Assembly (NCBI GenBank): GCA_903813345.2
Contig: CAIIXF020000001.1
Span: 18,662,001 to 18,726,000, forward strand
Source: Owenia fusiformis
Lineage: Eukaryota
Length of the DNA: 64,000 bases
Direction: 5' to 3'
The notes under the pieces are model-generated. The model had not been told where the DNA came from. It saw only the letters and a program-made list of their open reading frames with translations, and searched no databases. Shown here piece after piece: positions 13,081 to 24,500 of the stretch. How positions within the stretch are numbered: position 1 is the first letter of the stretch; each line of letters opens with the position of its first letter. The position numbers were made by a program, and so were the translations under genes.

Positions 13081-14874
13081 TGATTATACGTATCAATAGG
13101 ATAATACATATTGGTAATATACTGGCAAATAGGATACATTTATTTAAAAAATCAGTCACTGATACAGTATAAGAATGCCTCTTATATTTGGCTGATTACT
13201 TGCAAGGCACATAAACTTATTATAAACTTACTTATATACTTCAGATAATGATCGCTCCAAGATATCTTAACTACTTATAAATATAATATGTGCACAAAAG
13301 TATATGTACTATCACATCAAGCCCCCCTCCCCATACATACTAACATGCAGTCTTAATCTCTTTTTGCCTCCTTAAAACTGAAGGTTGTAACCTTTGATTC
13401 AATGACTTGATACAATCGTACATGAACAAATAACTAAAATATCTAAAATACATAATTATGCTGTATCAAAATATAATATCAAAACAATTTTGATTTTAAT
13501 GATTTGTACATATTGCACCAGGTTATTGTGATTGGCTTATTAGAACTCATAACTAACTGTACATGATACATTTGATTCAGACTATTGTACTGTATATGAA
13601 TTAGCAAAATATTATATGTATCAATCATCAAATATGTATTTTATAGAATATATGTGGGTGCTTTTTAATAAGAGACTAGACTAATAAGAGGGATATATAC
13701 ATATTCTTTCCAAATTCACCCGTGATAGAAAATCGTAAAAGTTCAGCGAACAAAATTCCTGTAATCTCTATGAATAATTTATACATTATACATTATACCT
13801 TTATCACTAATGGTACAACATATATAGCCTAGCTTCAAATGACCCTGTTGATAATAGAGTTGGGATGTGTAACCAGCTATGAGGCAATGAGGCAAATGCC
13901 TCACTGACATTTTAGGCTTTGTCTCACCTATTTACATTTGCCTCTACACTGGCTACAACCCTGAAAGAGGTAGAGGTATCATCCTGTCCAGGAAAGGTTG
14001 AAAATCATGATATGCCTCATCAAGTAATGATAACCAAAAGTGGTTCTTTTTCTAACATGCTATAATCCTCCTGTTTAATACAAAATATTGGTGGTAAAAC
14101 ACACATTCAGCTCACAATTACTTATACATGTACAATGTAATTAGTATAATATTTAATGACTCTTTTTTAAGAGTGAGAATAATCATTTGTTTAACATTAA
14201 AATTACTGCTAGAATAACAACTGAGTACATTTGAGACAATTATAGTAGTAACACAAGAGCAATGTTTCATTAGTTGCGTAGTGATCACATATGTGACATG
14301 CAACATTGATAAACTTTGACATAGAACTTCTTTTCTGAAATTATCAAATCTCAAGAAAAACCTTCCATTTGGAAAATGAAATTCTTCAAAATAGAAAAGT
14401 AGTAAAATTCAATTTGGTACTTGCCATGCTGCTAACTCAGAAGAAGTGAGTAGCTCCCATATTCTTTCATATTCTATCATATTCGGGGATTACCCATTAT
14501 TCCCCATTTTTAACCTTTTGATATTTTTTAGAAAAGAAAGCCTGTACCAAAGTCTATCAACCGTTCAAGTTACAGATCTACAGTACAAATGAAAACGGTA
14601 CATGGTTGTCCTTTTAAAGTGGGCAACACCTCTTAGATATGTTCTGTACATTTTCATGGGAGACAGACCCAGAAACACCTCAATAACTGACATAGAAGCA
14701 CCACAGTCTTTTATAAGAGTAATTGATAACTCACTGAAGTACTATTGTACACACAAATGTAGTACAGACTCTCATTTACTAAGATTGGGACTTAAGTATA
14801 GTTTATATGGTGAAACTGAAAGACAATTCGGCTAAATAGATTAAGACAAAATGTTGAAAATGTGACTGCAAATA

Positions 14875-15107
14875 AATGAGCCTCAACACAGGAAAACTGG
14901 TCTTTTCACAAAAAATGTGCCCAAGATTAAGAAGAAAACATGCGAAATTCAAATCCATCTTTTTGGTCTATATTTGCAAGGAAAAAATGGTGAAGACATA
15001 AGCCATGGCTCATTTGAAAGGACTTTTTGTGCTTTTTAAGATAAACAAAAAAACAAAATATTGAAAAATTCTGTGATAAGACTAGTTTTCCTATGTTGAG
15101 GCTCAAA
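14875..15107. mobile_element. TA-flanked MITE in the presumed SSUH2 3' UTR
   Basis: TGAGCCTCAACACAGGAAAACTGGTCTT ... AAGACTAGTTTTCCTATGTTGAGGCTCA. Confidence 0.75.
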
Positions 15108-15597
15108 TACGTTTACCTTACCCACTCATCAACTATCACAGTAGTGGTTTTGTATACAAGTTTACAACACAAAGGTTTATATTATATATCTTACAGTGTA
15201 CAAAAAAGTGTTATACCGGTATATGTAATTCAAGAAAATGTAGTGTAAGATAGTTTTTGTTCCAATTTCCCAATCAAATGAGACAATCATGTCACTTACA
15301 TGTAGTATCGTTTTTTACGTTTAAAGAGTTTCATTGGAAGATTAATTTTAAGCACAATAAATATATCAAAATTATTTTTAAGCACAATAAATATATCAAA
15401 ATTATGACTTTTACTGTCTATTCAAATGATCTTCCAAGTTTTAACCACAAGATCAAAACTTGCACCTACAACTCCTTTGATCTTTTTCTATGCAATCCAG
15501 CTGGACCTAGTTCTCTTGAATATATCTTAGTTCTAATCGAATATTCTTATCATATCACATTATGACATTTTCCTTACAATATATTCTCCTGATCTCC

Positions 15598-18500
15598 TCA
15601 CAATATATTACATCCCCAGCAGCAGGTCTGAGGATAGTCCGGACAATACACTTGGTGTTCGTTACCATAGACCCAGTAACGTTTAGAATCACCCTTCCAT
15701 GTATAGGCACACTCTGACACAGGCACAGCTCTAAGAGTTTGACGCTGGAATTAAATAATATTGGAATAAGTTTAATGTTACTTTTTAATTTCTCTTTATT
15801 ATGGACATAGTACTCATGAATAAAGTGGAAGGTCCACATGCAGTATGGCAAGTGATTTTAGACAGTCATATCTGGACCTTTGCTACAATTCTGTGTAAAA
15901 TACATATTTTATGCAAAGATTAAGATAATTATGTTTCAAGATTTATGGACCACATTGCCCAGACCCCTGATTGGCCATGTCAATTCATTGACAGACTTCC
16001 ATGCTCTGTAGTCTACTCTCCATATACAATTACCCACAAAGTAAAAAAAATACCCACAAAGTAAAAAAATGTTTATACAATTACTCAACAAGGTTGATGT
16101 AATACTGTAATAATCATTTTTAATCCAGAAGTGTTAATAATTTACAAGTATTCATACAACATACCTGCATGATAATATTAGTCATCTTGTAAGCATCCAA
16201 ATGTTTCATGATGAGGTTATTTGAACACTGATTGATATCTGGTTCTGGGAAAGTCCTCATAGGCCAACATCGCGGCAGTTTCTGCTCAAACAGTGTCTTA
16301 CCCTGAACATTCTTAATAAGGTGGTCTGGCATATCAGTTTTCTCAAGGATGTATTCCTCAGCATGATTCTCACTGAAAAAATTTGAATATTGTATTTATT
16401 TTTATAAAATAAAGTAAGAAATAAAATACTAACTTTTAATTTTTTTACTAACTTTTTTGCCAATCATTTATTGATTTATTTCAAATGAAAACTTGCTTCC
16501 TTTCAAGTACTGATTTATGTCAGCAAAATATAATGGAGTTTAACCCCCTCCCCAAATGTAATGAATTACATTTATGAATGTATTGACCTGGTCCCCTAAA
16601 TGAAGTTTTAACTATATTTTGTTTTATAACATAAGGAAAACTAACCAATTTTCAAGTAAAGTACATGTACTTACTATTTAACAGTTAGCTCAATGAAATT
16701 CTTTAGCTGTCGATAACCTTGACATGTTGGACATGTAATCATCCCGTGACCTCTACATGTCAAGCACCTATAAGAAAAGACACAAACTATAACCTTGATA
16801 TGTTAGACATGTCCTGTGACCTTGACCCTGACATGTCAGGTACCTACGAGTCACAACAGACACCCATATTCTTGAGGGGAGATATAACTACTGTTGTAGA
16901 AGTAATCAATGTGTTATCTTTCAACTGTTTAGCAGACATATTAATTTCAGTCTTAAATACAAAATGATGCTCAAGAGGTACGGCACACAAAAATGGAAGT
17001 AACTTAAGTACAAAAATGCAGAAAAGAATACATAAATATCCTCCAACAAATTCACTACATTAACATTAGCTGAGGAAGAGAAAATCATACCTTTTTCTTC
17101 CACGTCCATGACAGCTGAAACATGTGGCCCTGTGAGCATGACCATCTCTATGTGTTGTACGATGTCCAGTGCCATGACAGGAAATACAGCGGTTACTTCC
17201 ACGTCCGTAGCACCTATGACAACGGATGAACCCAGATGAGAAACACTGGTGACATTGCTGAAAATACATATATAAAATATTAGTAAACATTAAATAAGGC
17301 AATAAAATCAGAATATAAAACAATAAAATAATGATGATTTTGAATATGGAGTTCCCATTGTTCATTGTTAAATTTTTTACAGCAGAACAATAAATAGAGG
17401 AATTTATTTGAATTGTGATGACGAGGCAGCAAAAATTTAAGGATGATCAAAAAATGTTCATTGCTGGAGGATGTACTTTTATGAATGAGCACATCAACAT
17501 AATGATGTTAAAGAAAAATCAGAATTGTAAGAAGTAGTTTGATCTATTATATATTCACAAACTTTTTTATTGTGTTTTGCGTTGTTTGTATGTTCATACA
17601 TTTACATATTCAGTAAGTTTACTATGTAACTTACCTAGATTCCTAATGAACATAATAAGTGAAACACCTCCTGGGCTGAGTCTAATCAAGCATGTAAAAA
17701 CTTACCACAATACTAGCAGTATGGGGAACTTCATATGTCTTCACTTCTGTTTGAAACAAGTTGGAGAAATTACTTGCTATTGACCACGCAGGAGGGGGTA
17801 CACCAAACTGGGGACCATCCACATGACCACCTACAAATTGCGTTTGACATGGATTTTAATATGGATTAATTACTTATCAACATGATCAATTTTTAGGGAA
17901 CAACTTTCATAACTTTTCATATGTTTCTTACTCAGGCACTCCAGGTTTTTGTTTTGAAATATTCTCTGCAAGAAAAATGCAGCATTTGGCAAGCTTGGTG
18001 GAAATATAAAATACATTATACTGCACAATATCGGCTATAAAACAAGATGTTTGCATGTACCTCGATATGGGGCCTGAGTCCAGGCTGTGGACCTCATTTC
18101 AGTGAAAGTTTCCAAAACATACTGGAAAATCAAAGCATAAATCATTACTGTTTCATTCATTCTACAGCTTTGATCAGACTTCAACTATACATTACAAGTT
18201 GTAATTAAAATGAGAAGAAATGACTGTGTAATGACAATGTTCTTAGAGAGTAAATCATCAAATTTAAATCTCCATCTAACACTAGTATAGAAAGTCAGTT
18301 CTGATTAAACACTAAGCCTATGCCCATTTTCTAGTGACTTACATGTAAACCACTTGATGGTTTAATATTGGTGAAGACCAGATCATTGACAGCACCCTTC
18401 CCATAGCAGCAATGCTGGCCGACATACTGTAGCAAGGCTTCTCTAGCTTGGTCCTCAGTTGGTATAGCACCAGCACTACAAATCAGATACCACAGATTTA

Positions 18501-21500
18501 CTGTTTAACCTTTACTGTATATTCTAAAGCAACAAGCTTGATGTGATGGAACGTGTGATGTACATTGTATATCTACTTAGTACATTTTGTGCAAAAACGG
18601 TGATTTTGGAGTTCTGTTTTCGCGGGAAAATAATTGGAATGGTTGAAATGATGACAATGTTGGAATGTATGAAATGATGCAACTGAAATAATTGAAACAG
18701 TTAAAATAATTGAACAGTTCAAAATCATTTCATAAAATATGAAGGGCTTAAGCATGAATGTGCGCTAAGGTGTATCTCTAAGTATTTATATTCCCCTACC
18801 TGGTAAAGTCCTCTCGAGGCCTATTCTCTTCCTTAAACAGTTCATCATAAGAGGGAGGAGCATTCGGAGGGGGCAATGGAGGGGCAGATGCTGAAATAAG
18901 AAGCTTGCATGTGGATTTTTTATTAGTTTAACATTTGTAGTATAGTGGTACCCTAATGTTTTTTTGCCCTTAGATAGACCATTTATCATTTGTACATTAA
19001 GAAAAGACTATGATTTTATCTTTTGCTAGTACATTTGGAAACATACCATTTGCATAACCAGTGTTTTCATATCCACTTATGCGACCAAACTGAGAAGGGT
19101 CTGCAGGCTTAGCAGTTGGTTCAGGTGCACTATGGTCCTCTGGTAGATCCTCCCCTGCTATATCTGAGCCCATATAAGTTGGATTGTCCACTTCTCCATG
19201 AAATTGTACAGCTAAAAAAGATAATCCTTGATATTATCATGAAGTGTGTATTGATTGGTTTGCTTGATTTACTATATGGTACGCTATTCTGAATAACTGT
19301 TATATCTATGATTATGGTACGTAACATTCATTAGAATAGCCCTGTTTCATAGCATATTTTACATACGTTTTCCAGGTTCAGGTTGTGGGACTCCTCCATG
19401 TGGATGTCCTGGTTGTCCCTGTGGTGGATATCCTGGCTGTCCCTGTGGGGGATATCCTGGTTGTCCCGGTGGGTGATATCCTGGTTGTCCCTGTGGGGGA
19501 TATCCTGGTTGTCCCTGTGGGGGATATCCTGGTTGTCCCTGTGGGGGATATCCTGGTTGTCCCTGTGGGGGATAGCCTGGTTGCCCCTGAGGTTGATATC
19601 CTGGTTGTCCCTGTGGGGGATATCCTGGTTGTCCCTGTGGGTGATATCCTGGTTGTCCCTGTGGTGCATATCCTGGTTGTCCCTGTGGATGATATCCTGG
19701 TTGTCCCTGTGGAGGATATCCTGGTTGTCCCTGTGGAGGATATCCTGGTTGCCCATGTGGATATGCTGGGGCATTTGGTTGTGGTGGGCCATGACCTACA
19801 GTAGACATAATATGTGCATGTGTATGTGCATTTGTTTACAATACCTCAAATGTTATTTTTCATTAATCTAAGATTGAATAGTGAATTTTTTTTCTCAATC
19901 AGTCAATATACAATGCCTCTATGAAGGGTAGGACCTAGTCCCAATACCATCTCTATGGTTCTGGCCTTGAGTGTCTTCAATAGAAGGTGTATTTGAAATA
20001 TAAGACTGACATTTATGTTTGGAATTATGACATTTGAGATCGAAAAATGCAAATTAGTTTGAGGTTAATTTTCCATTGACTTTTAATAGTGCAAAAGTTT
20101 GAGATATTCCCAAGACAATAGTCCTGGAACACTACCAAAAGTCAATGGAAAATTATCCTCAAACTAATTTGCATTTTTCGATCTCAAATGTCATAATTCA
20201 AAACATAAATGTCGGTCTTATATTTCAAATACACCTTATACTTACATCTGATAATATCTTTTATCAAACATATGCAGTATTTATCGTAGAATAGAATGAA
20301 TTTCAGCTAGAATTGGCGTTGAAAATTTCAATCGACGATTCTCTGCCAGATTACGCTCTGATCCATTGATTGGTCAATGCGCTGTGCACCGGAAGAAACT
20401 ACTTTTGTTTCAATTACGGTGTCACCCCACATTTTTAACATGGAAACAGGAGGGGTTATTTATCGTAATCGTGTCTAACTTTCTTGTTTTGGAGGCACAA
20501 CATCGAAAACAAATGGTGGGATAAGTTTAAATGATTGAAGATGTAAGTATTTTCGATCTTTTCACAGCTAAATGGCTGTCTATTCTTCAAGAAAGTCGCG
20601 AGGAGGGATACTTAAACTGCTTATATCAAATTGGAGTAAATTTCTGTTTTGACGACGTCAATTTAATATGATTTAGACAATATATGCGATGGCTACATTT
20701 TAAAATATGCAAGCATTGTGTGCAGTTTCACTTTTGCCTGATATAATCAGGATTTAAATTAAAGGAGCTGTGCAGATAAATCACATTTTAAACGATTAAT
20801 CAATTTCATATTATTTTTTTACTTCCTTGTCGGCCATATTGTTTTTTAAGATAACCAATCAAATCAAAGGATTCAACAAAATGGCGCATATAAAATTTAC
20901 CATTGACTTTTGGTAGTGTGGAATGAGATATGGATATATAGACTCCACTACTTTAGTCATGTCTTATCCCGTACCAGGACTATAGTCCTGCGAACGTTTT
21001 ATTCTTTTGCCTGTACGATTACAACATGGGAGAATTTTCTACGCTTCTTACACTTAAGATACCTATTTCAATAGATTCCTTGGTATTTTGGCATTCTTTT
21101 CGTGTAGTTGAATCCACCATTGTCTGGGTTTATCGGCAGAACAAAGAAATTTTCATTTTTGATCGCAATATTTGCGTGTAATATTTAACTTATTTCAACC
21201 GTCAAATTCTTCCATTTATTGGTTAACCAGGCCACTTCTGGGTCAGTCAAACGGGGAATCCCCTTTTAAATCCAACCGCCATCTTGGAAAGTGATGGAAT
21301 ATCTCTCGATGAAATAGAAAAATGTTCCCATTCTGCCGATATACCCAAACAATTGTGAATTCTACTATACGAAAAGAATGCTAAATACCCAGGAATCTAT
21401 TGAAGTAGGTATCTTAAGTGTAAGGGGCGTAGATAATTCTCCCAAGTTGTAATCGTACAGGCAAAAGAATGCACTCGTTACAGGACCATAGTCCTGGCAA

Positions 21501-24500
21501 GGTAAAGTCATGTCATGTGCAAACAAGAATGAATGAAACTAACATTGACAGTGCTTTTATTCTCAAGTATATATGTCTACTATAAATACTGGGCGTCATC
21601 TGCACTTACAAATTCAATCACTGCAATTCCGAACTAAACTACACTGTGTACACTGCTAATTAGACTACTACTACTTATGACATGGAAACACGGATAGTGG
21701 GAAGTCCTCCAAATATTACCTTTATTATTTCTCAGGCAACGCAGCTTCCATCCAAAATAAAAAATATGTATTTTTAAAATAAATTATTTGTCTAGTTTTC
21801 GTTAAACAAATATCCTGAGACACATAGGGCCTGTAGAAAACACTAAACAGAAAAATAAAAAAAATATTCATACTTCCAAATCTGCTTTATAAGTCAGATA
21901 ATGCACCAAATCATAATGGTTGTTCAAAATAAAAATTTAAGGGGACGGAGCGCCGTATCTCGCGAGAATAAAGCTAATCACGCACCATCTCGCGAGAATA
22001 AAGTAAATCACGCAAAGGCGCGTGATTTTTTCGACCAATCAAATAGCTTGAAATTTACCAAACCATTTCGTCCAGTGCTTCACAACCGGAAGTAGGTCAT
22101 TGACACATGCGCAGTAGAAATTGTCAATTTACTGAGCGGAACTTTCAATGGCCTGGAGAAATTTTACTCACGAGAATTGATGATTACTGAACACATATAG
22201 GCATAAGAGGTGAGCGACCCAGTTATTTTTGCGTATAAATGTTTCAAGAATAGCATGATATCAAATAATCTGTACATTATGCTATGATTCATTAAGGTGC
22301 CATGGAAGTTAACAGGAAATGACAAAACAGGAAGTGACAAAGCCATGCTGGATTGTGAAAATTTTTTGAAGCAAGATATCAGAGTTCTGTTTGGACCTCT
22401 AGTCAGTTTTACTAGTTCCACATATCATTTACATGACTGGGAACACAATGGAAATGGTCAGAATGACCATAAAAATGATGAAATAACCTTTTCAGCCCTC
22501 TGGAAATGTGACTGAAAAATAGCTAAAAGTAGGTGCTCAGGAAAGGTCACTGAACAGAATCTTTCGATTTTTTCAGAAAACGTGTCCAATATATTGCTCT
22601 AAATGATACAATCTTTGAAATTTTAAAAAATTGTCTGAAACAATAATGGCTGTAGTAAAAAGGTAAATCGATCAATTTTCGATTCAGTTTTTTTCATTTT
22701 TTTCTTTTTCTAAGAATGATATCAAATTTTTTTAAATTGTATCATTTTAAGCAATATATTGGGCAGATTTTCTGAAAAAGTCAAAAGATTCTGTTCAGTG
22801 ACCTTTCCTGAGCACCTACTCTTAGCTGTTTTTCAGGCACATTTTCAGAGGGCTGAAAAGGTTATTTCATCATGTTTATGGTCATTCTTACCATTTCCGT
22901 TGTGTTCCTGGTCATGTAAATGACATGTGGAACTAGTTAAACTGACTGGAGGTCCAAACAGAACTCTGTTATCTTGGTTCAAAAAATTTTCAAAATCCAG
23001 CATGGCTTTTCACTTCCTGTTTTGTCATTTCCTGTTAAGGTCAGGGTGCATGATGAAAAATTTTCTGCATTCCTCAATTGAGTCACATGTTATTTTTCAA
23101 ACAAGAATCACTCCTTCCCCAAATTGTCTATATCTTCCAGTTTTGCAGAAAGAGTGCACTTATGTGCCTACAGTGCTGATATATAATAATATAGGGTGCG
23201 TTTTCAAACTAAAAAGAGTGTTCCTACCAAAATGAATTTGCCTACATACCCCTGAAACTCTTATCTGATAGATAGAATGCACAAATAAAACAAAAGTTTT
23301 GCAATTATAGGTAAAAAGTTCTCTTGAAATTTCGAAGTGATTTTACCTGTTAATTCTGTCCAAGGTCGGCCATTTTTGCGGAAGTTACACTGAAACGCAA
23401 ACTCCATGAAACGAAACGAAATCACTAGAAAAAACATGGCACACATTGTGCGCATGTGCAGCAAAGTTTAGACCAATTAGATTATTTGATTATTTTGCAC
23501 ACGTGAATTATTTGCTTCCGAGCACTTACAAGCTTACCACAATAAACAAACCTGGCAGAGACTACCCTTAGCCTACTTCATTTTGGCGAAATTTCAGCTC
23601 AAACTCGTGAAAAATGCATTATGCATACGCTGGTGTGAAGCCTTGGAGACACTCATTTTGGTAAATATGATTTATGGGGTATACTTTTCTGCAGTTTGTG
23701 GGAGTTTGGGACATTAAATGTTAAAATTCAAGAAAATATGCCAATTAAACGACTGATCAATTAATATATACCAGCACTGTAGAAAAGACTTGTGAGAAGA
23801 ATGTTTTAATAAAGTGTATAAAAAACAAGAAAATTCAGTGAAAAAATTTAGAAAATTTTCAGAAACTTTTTTCACTGAATTTTCTCGTTTTTTATATATT
23901 TTACAAAACAAATCTTCTCACAAGTCTTTTCTAGGCACAAAGATGCACTCTTTGTGCGAACCTGGAAGATATGAACAATGTGGGGAAGGAGTGATTCTTG
24001 TTTGAAAAATAACATGTGACTCAATTGAGGGATGCAGAAAATTTCCCATCATGCACCCTGACCTTCACTTCCATAGCACCTTAAAAAATTCGAAGTGTCT
24101 GGAGTACCTTAAAATTTAAGGCTCTTTAGCCAAAATGCTAAAGAGCCTTAAAATTTAAGGCTATTTAGCTGTGAACATAGTGTTTTGGCTAGAGAGCCTT
24201 TGTGTTTATAATCCGTGTTTATATTGTTTTTTATTGAAGTTTTCGTCATCTAAACAATAAAAAAACACTCTCGAAAGTTTTTCAATCCAGAATGCCACTT
24301 AAAAATTTCACACATGTATATCACTATAGGGTTGCAAAAAAATTCATATCACGCTAAAACACTCTGGTATAGTGGTTAGGGTGCTCGCTTTCCACTTCTG
24401 CGGCGTGGGTTCGATTCCCTGACGGAGCTCTTTTTATTTTGAATAACAAGCCGGAAGTTTGTTCTCTGAGGTCCGGAAATTATGTACACATTTTTTTCTA

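Noticed and set aside
19796-19808. ATG at 19808 (MSTV...) as the SSUH2 start
   Set aside because: It overlaps the acceptor ctgtag at 19796, and a phase-matched exon [13 protein letters not shown] exists at 26306-26285. Not fully excluded.
19331-19871. Three other long ORFs over the 24-bp repeat ([16 protein letters not shown] and VVPVGDIL frames)
   Set aside because: Shadow frames of a stop-free repeat. Only the GYPPQGQP frame splices in phase with SSUH2.
19984-20237. Long near-perfect hairpin as an independent fold-back MITE or miRNA precursor
   Set aside because: The right arm is the left end of the 20130-20918 element, and the left arm is an inverted fragment of that same end.
24360-24430. 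Functional tRNA gene
   Set aside because: The acceptor and anticodon stems cannot pair; kept only as a tRNA-derived sequence.
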